The position numbers were made by a program, and so were the translations under genes. Of a DNA stretch of 64,000 nt, positions 24,501 to 37,500 are shown one piece after another. The notes beneath the pieces were generated by a model. That model saw nothing but the letters and a program-made list of their open reading frames with translations, was not told where the DNA came from and ran no database searches. Source of the stretch: Azolla caroliniana (Eukaryota > Plantae > Polypodiophyta); the NCBI GenBank assembly GCA_043228905.1, contig JBHGNT010000020.1, positions 15,748,001 through 15,812,000 on the forward strand, read 5' to 3'. The number at the start of each line of letters is the position of its first letter. Within the stretch, counting starts at the first letter, position 1.

Positions 24501-25113
24501 AAATCCTTGCGCGGAGGATCGTTTGGAGCGGTTACGCAAGATACAAGCGGATTTATCTACTCAACTCCAGCAAGCTCAACAATCACACAAGGACTACGCA
24601 GATCGTCATCGACTTCCATCCAGTTTTAACATTGGAGATCGGGTGTGGCTGCTACGACGACACATCAAGACTACTCGCCCATGTGAGAAGTTGGATTATC
24701 GGCGATTAGGTCCTTTCCGTATTATCGGGAAGATTAATGATGTCGCTTTTCGTCTCGAGCTACCTCCGCAACTTCGGATACATCCGGTGTTTCATAGTTC
24801 TCTCCTCGAACCCTATCACGAGAGCACTATCCCAGGACGTACTATACAACCACCACCTCCTATCGAGCTCGAAGATGGACCTGAATATGAGGTCGCTGCC
24901 ATCCTCGATTCCAAGATTGTTCGCAACAAGCTCTACTATCTAGTCGATTGGCTAGGATATAGTCCCAGCGAGCGTACTTGGGAACCGATCGAGAATGTGA
25001 CCAATGCTCGTGCTCTTCTAGAAGACTTCCATCGACGATATCCCGAGAAACCGGGTCCTCAATCCAAAACGACTCGTGGAACTCGTCGTTTTAAAGGGGG
25101 GATAGTGTCATAA
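21502..25113 (+). CDS. pol: Pol (protease, RT, RNase H, integrase, chromodomain), probably translated as a Gag-Pol fusion
   Basis: LLDSGAN (PR); MPFGLTNAP and YLDD (RT); EADASD and NYEIHDKELLAIV (RH); H-H-C-C, LDFITDLP, SDRGPQF, HPQTDGQAER and GPF (IN); EYEVAAIL...YLVDWLGY...TWEP (chromodomain). The stop codon lies 6-8 nt inside the 3' LTR. Confidence 0.97.
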   Translation, partial: PIRRRVKRLSPAKIGAVWLDSPRSVQPISGSIPSKQVSDVFVAQVAVSTKSTPPVHTLALLDSGANSCFMDRNFARAHQISLRKLPCPASVVVIDGRPIASGNIIEESEPVNIVLDNLTCVVSFNIISIPEHPIVLGLPWFELHNPDIDWRTREIRLQQTQGPTQKVATISLRQLREEGRKEEMFLFAISVQPSSTTKEESTVQLPEKYRQYADVFDKVQANTLPHHRPYDCAIDLQPGKEPPWGPIYNLSPTELEVLRAYIEENLENGFIRHSKSPAGAPIFFVKKKDGSLRLVVDYRGLNKVTVRNRYALPLISSLLERINGARFFTKIDLRGAYNLVRIRPGDEWKTAFRTRYGHFEYTVMPFGLTNAPAVFQHMANDIFRDLLDDFLIIYLDDLLVYSKTQEEHDSHVLLVLKRLREHGLYAKLEKCSFGCNQVEFLGYVISSEGISMDPAKVKTVIEWHTPHSVRDVQCFLGFANFYRKFIQNYSKIVLPLTQLTRKGQSFIWSKETDMAFESLKKAFTSAPILGHVDPEKPFIIEADASDFALGSILSQQGNDEKLHPVAFHSRKFDAAEINYEIHDKELLAIVDSFMQWRHFLEGSPHQVTVFSDHKNLAYFQDARVLNRRQARWAHFLTRFDFKITYRPGKHQGKADALSRRSYLTPRPGEPAFDNQKQVILGPARLQAAQVFDIPVDSDITNTIREDLKTDAFAQAILAQIDPSRASCSQSQSPGTDYRQFKYCDGLLFFKELLYVPNGSCRLRVVQNCHDTYTAGHFGSTKTLDLVQRSFWWPRMRQFVEDFVRTCDTCCRAKMPRHHPYGLLEPLPIPSKPWQSIALDFITDLPVSKGFSAILTVVDRYTKMAHFLPCTKEISSEDTAEIVMREVCRHHGLPDNIISDRGPQFVSKFWKHLFKMLKVTCNLSSGYHPQTDGQAERTNQTLEQYLRCFLNYHQNDWADILQFAEFAYNNAIHASTKVTPFYAYTGYHPRWCVLETPEVSTNPCAEDRLERLRKIQADLSTQLQQAQQSHKDYADRHRLPSSFNIGDRVWLLRRHIKTTRPCEKLDYRRLGPFRIIGKINDVAFRLELPPQLRIHPVFHSSLLEPYHESTIPGRTIQPPPPIELEDGPEYEVAAILDSKIVRNKLYYLVDWLGYSPSERTWEPIENVTNARALLEDFHRRYPEKPGPQSKTTRGTRRFKGGIVS
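21517..21561 (+). promoter_or_regulatory. -1 programmed ribosomal frameshift signal
   Basis: G_TTA_AAC at 21517-21523 in the gag frame, 6-nt spacer, then an 11-bp stem GTCCAGCCAAA (21530-40)/TTTGGTTGGAC (21551-61, one G-U) with a 10-nt loop. The pol frame is -1 relative to gag and open from 21502. Confidence 0.85.
25093..25105 (+). other. Polypurine tract of chromovirus
   Basis: AAAGGGGGGATAG abutting the TG of the 3' LTR. Confidence 0.9.
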
Positions 25114-25391
25114 CTAGACTCGAACCCATAACCTTTTGTTACACGGGTCGAGACTTTACCATTAGGTTATGAATTGTAATTTGAAGGATATTATTTTCAT
25201 TTAGGTTTTATTGGGAAATTGATGTATATTCCAGATTTCTCTGGAACATTCTAGAAACTTCAGGAGTATTCCTGAAGACACTATAAAAGGAGGCGCAAGG
25301 CATTAGTTCGAACCAAATCGGTTCAACGCCAGTCTTAAGCCTTCTAACTACTGTTGTATATCTTCCTTCATATAATACATATATCTTTCGC

Positions 25392-25447
<56 letters not shown>

Positions 25448-25580
25448 ACTCATTCCTTCTCTCAAAGTTCGACACCTCTCATAGTACTAATCCTTCTCTG
25501 TCTTAGTACTATTCCCCAACAATAGTACTAATCCTTCTTTTAGTACTAATTCCTTCTCTGCCTTAATAGAGTTCCTGACA
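25106..25580 (+). repeat. 3' LTR of chromovirus (475 bp)
   Basis: Direct repeat of 19811-20283. Confidence 0.97.
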
Positions 25581-28500
25581 ATACCTGGCTCATATGATAT
25601 CGGATTTTTGTGTTCAAACATGCAAATCGAAGCTAACAATGCTAGCTATGTTATAGAATTAAAAAATCAAGATTTTGAAACTCAGGTCAAGAGACATGAA
25701 GAAATTAGCAAATTTGAGGAAGGACATGAGAAGAGCCTGTGAGTAAATTAAAATGTTCATACCTGGCTCGTTTGATATCGGATTTTTGTGTTAAAACATG
25801 CGTATCGAAGTTGAGAATGCTAGCTATGATAAGCAATTAAAAAATCAAGATTTTGAAACTCAGGTCGAGAGACATGAAGAAATTAGCAAATTTGAGGAGG
25901 GAGTTGACAAGAGCCTGTGAGTAAATTAAAATGTTCAAACATGGCTTGTGTGATATCGGATTTCTGTGTTAAAACATGCGTATGGAAGCTCGCAACGTTA
26001 GCTATGATAAGCAATTAAAAAATCAAGATTTTGAAACCTACATCGAGAGACATGAAGAAATTAGCAAATTTGAGGATGGACTCGAGAAGACCCTGTGAGT
26101 AAATTAAAATGGTCATACCTGGCTCGTGTGATATCGGATTTCTGTGTTCAAACATGCGTATTGAAGCTAAGAATGCTAGCTATGTTATGGAATTAAATAA
26201 TCAAGATTTTGAAACTCAGGTCGAGAGACATGAAGAAATTAGCCAATTTGAGGAGGGACATGAGAAGAGCCCGTGAGTAAATTAAAATGTTCATACCTGG
26301 CTCGTGTGATATCGGATTTCTGTGTTCAAACATGCATATTGAAGCTAAGAATGCTAGCTATGTTATGGAATTAAATAATCAAGATTTTGAAACTTAGGTC
26401 AAGAGACATGAAGAGACATGCAATTAAAATATTCATACCTGGCTCGTGTGATATCGAAGCTAAGAATGCTAGCTATGTTATGGAATTCAAAAATTAAGAT
26501 TTTGAAACTCAGGTCGAGAGACATGAAGAAATTAGCAAATTTGAGGAGGGACATGAGAAGAGCCCGTGAGTAAATTAAAATGTTCATACCTGGCTCGTGT
26601 GATATCGGATTTTTGTGTTCAAACATGCAAATCGAAGCTAACAATGCTAGCTATGATATGGAATTAAAAAATCAAGATTTTGAAACTCAGGTCAAGAGAC
26701 ATGAAGAAATTAGCAAATTTAAGCAAGAACATCAGAAGAGTCGGTGAGTGAATTAAAATGTTCATACCTGGCTCGTGTGATATCGGATTTTTGTGTTCAA
26801 ACATGCGTATTGAAACTCACAACGCTAGCTATGATAAGCCATTAAAAAATCAAGATTTTGAAACTCAGGTCGAGAGACATGAAGAAATTAGCAAATTTGA
26901 GGATGGACTCGAGAAGAGCCTCTAAGTAAATTAAAATGTTCATACCCGGCTCGTGTGATATCGGATTTTTGTGTTCAAACATTCAAATCAAAGCTAACAA
27001 AACTAGCTATGATCTGGAATTAAAAAATAGAGATTTTGAAACTCAGGTCGAGAGACATGAAGAAATTAGCAAATTTGAGGAGTGACATCAGAAGAGCCCG
27101 TGAGTAAATTAAAATGTTCATACCTGGCTCGTGTGATATCGGATTTTTGTGTTCAAACATGCAAATCGAAGCTAACAATGCTAGCTATGATGGGGAATTA
27201 AAAAATCAAGATTTTGGAACTCAGGTCAAGAGACATGAAGACATTAGCAAATTTAAGCAAGAACATCAGAAGAGTCGGTGAGTGAATTAAAATGTTCATA
27301 CCTGGCTCGTGTGATATCGGATTTTTGTGTTCAAACATGCGTATTGAAACTCACAACGCTAGCTATGATAAGCCATTAAAAAATCAAGATTTTGAAACTC
27401 AGGTCGAGAGACATGAAGAAATTAGCAAATTTGAGGATGGACTCGAGAAGAGCCTGTGAGTAAATTAAAATGTTCATACCCGGGTCGTGTGATATCGGAT
27501 TTTTGTGTTCAAACATTCAAATCGAAGCTAACAAAGCTAGCTATGATCTGGAATTAAAAAATCAAGATCTTGAAACTCAGGTCGAGAGACATGAAGAAAT
27601 TAGCAAATTTGAGGAGGGACATGAGAAGAGCCTGTGAGTAAATTAAAATGTTCATACCTGGCTCGTTTGAAATCGGATTTTTGTGTTCAAATATGCGTAT
27701 TGAAACTCACAACGCTAGCTATGATAAACAATTAAAAAATCAATATTTTGAAACTCAGGTCGAGCGACATGAAGAAATTAGCAAATTTAAGGATGGACTC
27801 GAGAAGAGCCTGTGTGTAAATTAAAATGTTCATACTTGGGTCGTGTGATATCGGATTTCTGTGTTCAAACATGCGTATGGAAGTTAAGAATGCTAGCTAT
27901 GTTATGGAATTAAAAAATCAAGATTTTGAAACTCAGGTCGAGAGACATGAAGAAATTAGCAAATTTGAGGAGGGACATGAGAAGAGACCGTGAGTAAATT
28001 AAAATGTTCATACCTGGCTCATGTGATATTGGATGTTTGTGTTGAATCATGCGAATCGAAGTTAACAAAGCTAGCTATGATATGGAATTAAAAAATCAAG
28101 ATTTTGAAACTCAGATCGAGAGACATGAAGAAATTAGCAAATTTGAGGAGGGACTTGGGAAGAGCCCGTGAGTAAATTAAAAAGTTCATACCTGGTTCGT
28201 GTGATATCGGATTTTTGTGTTCAAACATGCAAATCGAAGCTCACAAAGCTAGCTATGATATGGAATAAAAAAATCAAGATTTTGAAACTCAGGTCAAGAG
28301 ACATTAAGAAATTAGCAAATTTGAGGAAGGACATGAGAAGAGCCTGTGAGTAAATTAAAATGTTCATACCTGGCTCGTGTGATATTCGATTTTTGTGTTC
28401 AAACATGCGTATTGAAACTCACAACGCTAGCTCTGATAAGCAATTAAAAAATCAAGTATTTGAAACTCAGGTCGAGCGACATGAAGAAATTAGCAAATTT

Positions 28501-31500
28501 GAGGATGGACTCGAGAAGAGGCTGTGAGTAAATTAAAATGTTCATACCTGGCTCGTGTGATATCGGATTTTTGTGTTCAAATATTCAAATCGAAGCTAAC
28601 TAAGCTAGCTATGATATGGAATTAGAAAATCAAGATTTTGAAACTCAGGTCGAGAGACATGAAGAAATTAGCAAATTTGAGGAGGGAGTTGAGAAGAGCC
28701 TCTGAGTAAATTAAAATGTTCATACAGGGCTTGTGTGATATCGGATTTTTGTGTTAAAACATGCGTATGGAAGCTGACAACGCTAGCTATGATAAGCAAT
28801 TAAAAAATCAAGATTTTGAAACTCAGGTCGAGAGACATGAAGAAATTAGCAAATTTTAGGATGGACTCGAGAAGAGCCTGTGTGTAAATTAAAATGTTCA
28901 TACCTGGGTCGTGTGATATCGGATTTCTGTGTTCAAACATGCGTATGGAAGCTAAGAATGCTAGCTATGTTATGGAATTAAAAAATCAAGATTTTGAAAC
29001 TCAGGTCGAGAGACATGAAGAAATTAGCAAATTTGAGGAGGGACATGAGAAGAGACCGTGAGTAAATTAAAATGTTCATACCTGGCTCATGTGATATTGG
29101 ATGTTTGTGTTGAATCATGCGAATCGAAGTTAACAAAGCTAGCTATGATATGGAATTAAGAAATCAAGATTTTGAAACTCAGATCGAGAGACATGAAGAA
29201 ATTAGCAAATTTGAGGAGGGACTTGGGAAGAGCCCGTGAGTAAATTAAAAAGTTCATACCTGGTTCGTGTGATTTCGGATTTTTGTGTTCAAACATGCAA
29301 ATCGAAGCTAACAAAGCTAGCTATGATATGGAATTAAAAAATCAAGATTTTGAAACTCAGGTCAAGAGACATGAAGAAATTAGCAAATTTGCGGAAGGAC
29401 ATGAGAAGAGCCTGTGAGTAAGTTAAAATGTTCATACCTGGCTCGTGTGATATCGGATTTCTGTGTTCAAACATGCGTATTGAAACTCACAACGCTAGCT
29501 ATGATAAGCAATTAAAAAATCAAGATTTTGAAACTCAGGTCGAGCGACATGAAGAAATTAGCAAATTTGAGGATGGACTCGAGAAGAGCCTGTGAGTAAA
29601 TTAAAATGTTCATACTTGGCTCGTGTGATATCAGATTTTTGTGTTCAAACATGCGTATCGAAGCTAAGAATGGTAGCTGTGTTATGGAATTAAAAAATCA
29701 AGATTTTGAAACTCAGGTCGAGAGACATGAAGAAATTTGCAAGTTCGAGGAGGGACATGAGAAGAGCCCGTGAGTAAATTAAAATGTTCATACCTAGCTC
29801 ATGTGATATCGGATGTTTGTGTTCAAATATGCGAATCGAAGCTAACAAAGCTAGCTATGATATGGAATGAAAAATTCAAGATTTTGAAACTCAGATCAAG
29901 ATACATGAAGAAATTAGCAAATTTGAGGAGGGAGTTGAGAAGAGCCCGTGAGTAAATTAAAATGTTTATACCTCGCTCGTGTGATATCGGATTTTTGTGT
30001 TCATACATGCCTATCGAAGCTAACAACGCTAACTATGATATGAAATTAAAAATTCAAGATTTTGAAACTCAGGTCGAGAGACATGAAGAAATTAGCAAAT
30101 TTGAGGAGGGAGTTGAGAAGAGCCCGTGAGTAAATTAAAATGTTCATACCTGGCTCGTGTGATAACGGATATCTGTGTTCAAACATGTGTATCGAAGCTA
30201 ACAATGCTAGCTATGATATAGAATTAAAAAATCAAGACTTTGAAACTCAGGTCGAGAGACATGAAGAAATTAGCAAATTTGAGGAGGGAGTTGAGAAGAG
30301 CCCGTGAGTAAATTAAAATGATCATACCTGGCTCGTGTGATATCGGATTTCTGTGTTCAAACATGCGAATCGAAGATAACAACGCTAGCTATGACATGGA
30401 ATTAAAAAATCAAGATTTCGAAACTCAGATCAAGAGACATGAAAAAATTAGCAAATTTGAGAAGGGAGTTGAGAAGAGCCCGTGAGTAAATTAAAATGGT
30501 CATACCTGGCTCGTGTGATATCGGATTTCTGTGTTCAAACATGCGTATCGAACGTAACAATGCTAGCTATGTTATGGAATTAAGAAATCAGGATTTTGAA
30601 ACTCAGGTCGAGAGACATGAAGAAATTAGAAATTTTGAGCAGGGACTTGAGAAGAGGCCGTGAGTAACTGAAAATGTTCATACCAGGCTCGTGTGATATC
30701 AGATTTTTGTGTTCAAACATGCGTATCGAAGCTAATAATGCTAGCTATGATATGGAATTAAAAAATCAAGATTTTGAAATTCAGGTCGAGAGACATGAAG
30801 AAATTAGGAAATTTGAGGAGGGAGTTGAGAAGAGCCCGTGAGTAAATTAAAATGTTCATACCTGGCTCGTGTGATAACGGATTTCTGTGTTCAAATATGT
30901 GTATCGAAGCTAACAGTGCTAGCTATGATATAGAATTAAAAAATCAAGATTCTGAAACCCAGGTCAAGAGACATGAAGAAATTACCAAATTTGAGGAGGG
31001 AGTTGAGAAGAGCCCGTGAGTAAATTAAAATGTTCATACCTGGCTCGTGTGATATCGGATTTCTGTGTTCAAACATGCGTATCGAAGCTAACAATCCTAG
31101 CTATGTTATGGAATTAAGAAATCAAGATTTTGAAACTCAGGTCGATAGACATGAAGGAATTAGCAAATTTGAGGAGGGAGTTGAGAAGAGCCCGTGAGTA
31201 AATTAAAATGTTCATACCTGGCTCGTGTGATAACGGATTTCTGTGTTCAAATATGTGTATCGAAGCTAACAGTGCTAGCTATGATATAGAATTAAAAAAT
31301 CAAGATTCTGAAACCCAGGTCAAGAGACATGAAGAAATTACCAAATTTGAGGAGGGAGTTGAGAAGAGCCCGTGAGTAAATTAAAATGTTCATACCTGGC
31401 TCGTGTCATATCGGATTTCTGTGTTCAAACATGCGTATCGAAGCTAACAATCCTAGCTATGTTATGGAATTAAGAAATCAAGATTTTGAAACTCAGGTCG

Positions 31501-34500
31501 ATAGACATGAAGGAATTAGCAAATTTGAGGAGGGAGTTGAGAAGAGCCCGTGAGTAAATTAAAATGTTCATACCTGGCTCGTGTGATATCGGATTTCTGT
31601 GTTCAAAGATGCGAATCGAAGCTAACAACGCTAGGTATCTTATGGAATTAAAAAATCAAGATTTTGAGACTCAGGTCGAGAGACATGAAGAAATTAGCAA
31701 ATTGGAGGAGGGAGTTGAGAAGAGCCCGTGAGTAAATTAAAATGTTCATACCTGGCTCGTGTGATAACGGATTTCTGTGTTCAAACATGTGTATCGAAGC
31801 TAACAATGCTAGCTATGATATAGAATTAAAAAATCAAGATTCTGAAACTCAGGTCGAGACACATGAAGAAATTACCAAATTTGAGGAGGGAGTTGAGAAG
31901 AGCCCGTGAGTAAATTAAAATGTTCATACCTGGCTCGTGTGATATCGGATTTCTGTGTTCAAACATGCGTATCAAAGCTAACAATGCTAGCTATGTTATG
32001 GAATTAAGAAATCAAGATTTTGAAACTCAGGTCGATAGACATGAAGGAATTAGCAAATTTGAGGAGGGACTTGAGAAGAGCCCGTGAGTAAATTAAAATG
32101 GTCATACCTGGCTCGTGTGATATCGGATTTCTGTGTTCAAAGATGCGAATCGAAGCTAACAACGCTAGGTATCTTATGGAATTAAAAAATCAAGATTTTG
32201 AGACTCAGGTCGAGAGACATGAAGAAATTAGCAAATTTGAGGAGGGAGTTGAGAAGAGCCCGTGAGTAAATTAAAATGGTCATACCTGGCTCGTGTGATA
32301 TCGGATTTTTGTGTTCAAACATGCGAATCGAAGATAACAACGCTAGGTATGACATGGAATTAAAAAATCAAGATTTTGAAACTCAGATCAAGAGACATGA
32401 AGAAATTCGCAAATTTGAGGAGGGAGTTGAGAAGAGCCCGTGAGTAAATTAAAATGGTCATACCTCGCTCGTGTGATATCGGATTCCTGTGTTCAAACAT
32501 GCGTATCGAAGCTAACAATCCTAGCTATGTTATGGAATTAAGAAATCAAGATTTTGAAACTCAGGTCGAGAGACATGAAGAAATTAGCAAATTTGAGAAG
32601 GGAGTTGAGAAGAGCCCGTGAGTAAATGAAAATGGTCATACCTGGCTCGTGTGATATCGGATTTTTGTGGTCAAACATGCGAATCGAAGATAACAACGCT
32701 AGCTATGACATGGAATTAAAAAATCAAGATTTTGTAACTCAGGTCGAGAGGCATGAAGAAATTAGCTAAATTGGGGAGGGAATCGAGAAGAGCCCGTGAG
32801 TAAATTAAAATGTTCATACCTGGCTCGTGTGATATCGGATTTTTGTGTTCAAACATGCGTATCGAAGCTCACAATGCTAGCTATGATATGGAATTAAAAA
32901 ATCAAGATTCTGAAACTCAGGTCGATAGACATGAAGGAATTAGCAAATTTGAGGAGGGACTTGAGAAAAGCCTGTGAGTAAATTAAAATGGTCATACCTG
33001 GCTCGTGTGATATCGAATTTCTGTATTCAAAGATGCGAATCAAAGCTAACAACGCTAGTTATCTTATGGAATTAAAAAATCAATATTTTGAAACTCAGGT
33101 CGAGAGACATGAAAAATTAGCAAATTTGAAGAAGGAGTTGAGAAGAGCCCGTGAGTAAATTAAAATGGTCATACCTGGCTCGTGTGATATCGGATTTTTG
33201 TGTTCAAACATGCGAATCGAAGAAAACAACGCTAGCTATGACATGGAATTAAAAAATCAAGATTTTGAAACACAGATCAAGAGACATGAAGAAATTCGCA
33301 AATTTGAGGAGGGAGTTGAGAAGAGCCCGTGAGTAAATTAAAATGGTCATACCTGGCTCGTGTGATATCGGATTCCTGTGTTCAAACATGCGTATCGAAG
33401 CTAACAATCCTAGCTATGTTATGGAATTAAGAAATCAAGATTTTGAAACTCAGGTCGAGAGACATGAAGAAATTAGCAAATTTGAGAAGGGAGTTGAGAA
33501 GAGCCCGTGAGTAAATTAAAATGGTCATACCTGGCTCGTGTGATATCGGATTTCTGTGTTCAAACATGCGTATCGAACGTAACAATGCTAGCTATGTTAT
33601 GGAATTAAGAAATCAAGATTTTGAAACTCAGGTCGAGAGACATGAAGAAATTAGAATTTTGAGCAGGGACTCGAGAAGAGGCCGTGAGTAACTGAAAATG
33701 TTCATACCAGGCTCGTGTGATATCGGATTTTTGTGTTCAAACATGCGTATCGAAGCTAACAATGCTAGCTATGATATGGAATTAAAAAATCAAGATTTTA
33801 AATTTCAGGTCGAGAGACATGAAGAAATTAGCAAATTTGAGGAGGGAGTTGAGAAGAGCCCCTGAGTAAATTAAAATGTTCATACCTGGCTCGTGTGATA
33901 ACGGATTTCTGTGTTCAAACATGTGTATCGAAGCTAACAATGCTAGCTATGATATAGAATTAAAAAATCAAGACTTTGAAACTCAGGTCGAGAGACATGA
34001 AGAAATTAGCAAATTTGAGGAGGGAGTTGAGAAGAGCCCGTGAGTAAATTAAAATGGTCATACCTGGCTCGTGTGATATCGGATTTCTGTGTTCAAACAT
34101 GCGAATCGAAGCTAACAATCCTAGCTATGTTATGGAATTAAGAAATCAAGATTTTGAAACTCAGGTCGAGAGACATGAAGAAATTAGCAAATTTGAGAAG
34201 GGAGTTGAGAAGAGCCCGTGAGTAAATTAAAATGGTCATACCTGGCTCGTGTGATATCGGATTTCTGTGTTCAAACATGCGTATCGAACGTAACAATGCT
34301 AGCTATGTTATGGAATTAAGAAATCAAGATTTTGAAACTCAGGTCGAGAGACATGAAGAAATTAGAATTTTGAGCAGGGACTCGAGAAGAGGCCGTGAGT
34401 AACTGAAAATGTTCATACCAGGCTCGTGTGATATCGGATTTTTGTGTTCAAACATGCGTATCGAAGCTAACAATGCTAGCTATGATATGGAATTAAAAAA

Positions 34501-37500
34501 TCAAGATTTTAAATTTCAGGTCGAGAGACATGAAGAAATTAGCAAATTTGAGGAGGGAGTTGAGAAGAGCCCGTGAGTAAATTAAAATGTTCATACCTGG
34601 CTCGTGTGATATCGGATTTCTGTGTTCAAACATGCGTATCGAAGCTAACAATCCTAGCTATGTTATGGAATTAAGAAATCAAGATTTTGAAACTCAGGTC
34701 GATAGACATGAAGGAATTAGCAAATTTGAGGAGGGAGTTGAGAAGAGCCCGTGAGTAAATTAAAATGTTCATACCTGGCTCGTGTGATAACGGATTTCTG
34801 TGTTCAAATATGTGTATCGAAGCTAACAGTGCTAGCTATGATATAGAATTAAAAAATCAAGATTCTGAAACCCAGGTCAAGAGACATGAAGAAATTACCA
34901 AATTTGAGGAGGGAGTTGAGAAGAGCCCGTGAGTAAATTAAAATGTTCATACCTGGCTCGTGTCATATCGGATTTCTGTGTTCAAACATGCGTATCGAAG
35001 CTAACAATCCTAGCTATGTTATGGAATTAAGAAATCAAGATTTTGAAACTCAGGTCGATAGACATGAAGGAATTAGCAAATTTGAGGAGGGAGTTGAGAA
35101 GAGCCCGTGAGTAAATTAAAATGTTCATACCTGGCTCGTGTGATATCGGATTTCTGTGTTCAAAGATGCGAATCGAAGCTAACAACGCTAGGTATCTTAT
35201 GGAATTAAAAAATCAAGATTTTGAGACTCAGGTCGAGAGACATGAAGAAATTAGCAAATTGGAGGAGGGAGTTGAGAAGAGCCCGTGAGTAAATTAAAAT
35301 GTTCATACCTGGCTCGTGTGATAACGGATTTCTGTGTTCAAACATGTGTATCGAAGCTAACAATGCTAGCTATGATATAGAATTAAAAAATCAAGATTCT
35401 GAAACTCAGGTCGAGACACATGAAGAAATTACCAAATTTGAGGAGGGAGTTGAGAAGAGCCCGTGAGTAAATTAAAATGTTCATACCTGGCTCGTGTGAT
35501 ATCGGATTTCTGTGTTCAAACATGCGTATCAAAGCTAACAATGCTAGCTATGTTATGGAATTAAGAAATCAAGATTTTGAAACTCAGGTCGATAGACATG
35601 AAGGAATTAGCAAATTTGAGGAGGGACTTGAGAAGAGCCCGTGAGTAAATTAAAATGGTCATACCTGGCTCGTGTGATATCGGATTTCTGTGTTCAAAGA
35701 TGCGAATCGAAGCTAACAACGCTAGGTATCTTATGGAATTAAAAAATCAAGATTTTGAGACTCAGGTCGAGAGACATGAAGAAATTAGCAAATTTGAGGA
35801 GGGAGTTGAGAAGAGCCCGTGAGTAAATTAAAATGGTCATACCTGGCTCGTGTGATATCGGATTTTTGTGTTCAAACATGCGAATCGAAGATAACAACGC
35901 TAGGTATGACATGGAATTAAAAAATCAAGATTTTGAAACTCAGATCAAGAGACATGAAGAAATTCGCAAATTTGAGGAGGGAGTTGAGAAGAGCCCGTGA
36001 GTAAATTAAAATGGTCATACCTCGCTCGTGTGATATCGGATTCCTGTGTTCAAACATGCGTATCGAAGCTAACAATCCTAGCTATGTTATGGAATTAAGA
36101 AATCAAGATTTTGAAACTCAGGTCGAGAGACATGAAGAAATTAGCAAATTTGAGAAGGGAGTTGAGAAGAGCCCGTGAGTAAATGAAAATGGTCATACCT
36201 GGCTCGTGTGATATCGGATTTTTGTGGTCAAACATGCGAATCGAAGATAACAACGCTAGCTATGACATGGAATTAAAAAATCAAGATTTTGTAACTCAGG
36301 TCGAGAGGCATGAAGAAATTAGCTAAATTGGGGAGGGAATCGAGAAGAGCCCGTGAGTAAATTAAAATGTTCATACCTGGCTCGTGTGATATCGGATTTT
36401 TGTGTTCAAACATGCGTATCGAAGCTCACAATGCTAGCTATGATATGGAATTAAAAAATCAAGATTCTGAAACTCAGGTCGATAGACATGAAGGAATTAG
36501 CAAATTTGAGGAGGGACTTGAGAAAAGCCTGTGAGTAAATTAAAATGGTCATACCTGGCTCGTGTGATATCGAATTTCTGTATTCAAAGATGCGAATCAA
36601 AGCTAACAACGCTAGTTATCTTATGGAATTAAAAAATCAATATTTTGAAACTCAGGTCGAGAGACATGAAAAATTAGCAAATTTGAAGAAGGAGTTGAGA
36701 AGAGCCCGTGAGTAAATTAAAATGGTCATACCTGGCTCGTGTGATATCGGATTTTTGTGTTCAAACATGCGAATCGAAGAAAACAACGCTAGCTATGACA
36801 TGGAATTAAAAAATCAAGATTTTGAAACACAGATCAAGAGACATGAAGAAATTCGCAAATTTGAGGAGGGAGTTGAGAAGAGCCCGTGAGTAAATTAAAA
36901 TGGTCATACCTGGCTCGTGTGATATCGGATTCCTGTGTTCAAACATGCGTATCGAAGCTAACAATCCTAGCTATGTTATGGAATTAAGAAATCAAGATTT
37001 TGAAACTCAGGTCGAGAGACATGAAGAAATTAGCAAATTTGAGAAGGGAGTTGAGAAGAGCCCGTGAGTAAATTAAAATGGTCATACCTGGCTCGTGTGA
37101 TATCGGATTTCTGTGTTCAAACATGCGTATCGAACGTAACAATGCTAGCTATGTTATGGAATTAAGAAATCAAGATTTTGAAACTCAGGTCGAGAGACAT
37201 GAAGAAATTAGAATTTTGAGCAGGGACTCGAGAAGAGGCCGTGAGTAACTGAAAATGTTCATACCAGGCTCGTGTGATATCGGATTTTTGTGTTCAAACA
37301 TGCGTATCGAAGCTAACAATGCTAGCTATGATATGGAATTAAAAAATCAAGATTTTAAATTTCAGGTCGAGAGACATGAAGAAATTAGCAAATTTGAGGA
37401 GGGAGTTGAGAAGAGCCCCTGAGTAAATTAAAATGTTCATACCTGGCTCGTGTGATAACGGATTTCTGTGTTCAAACATGTGTATCGAAGCTAACAATGC

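Larger units (their letters stand above)
19811..25580 (+). mobile_element. Full-length Ty3/gypsy chromovirus LTR retrotransposon (Tcn1/Tf1-sushi-like), 5770 bp, TSD ATACC
   Basis: TG...CA LTRs at 19811-20283 and 25106-25580. ATACC at 19806-19810 and 25581-25585. gag plus pol in the order PR-RT-RH-IN-chromodomain. PPT precedes the 3' LTR. Confidence 0.98.

Noticed and set aside
20360-25113. Domesticated PEG10/RTL-like host gene
   Set aside because: Flanking near-identical LTRs, TSD, PPT and an intact integrase show a mobile element.
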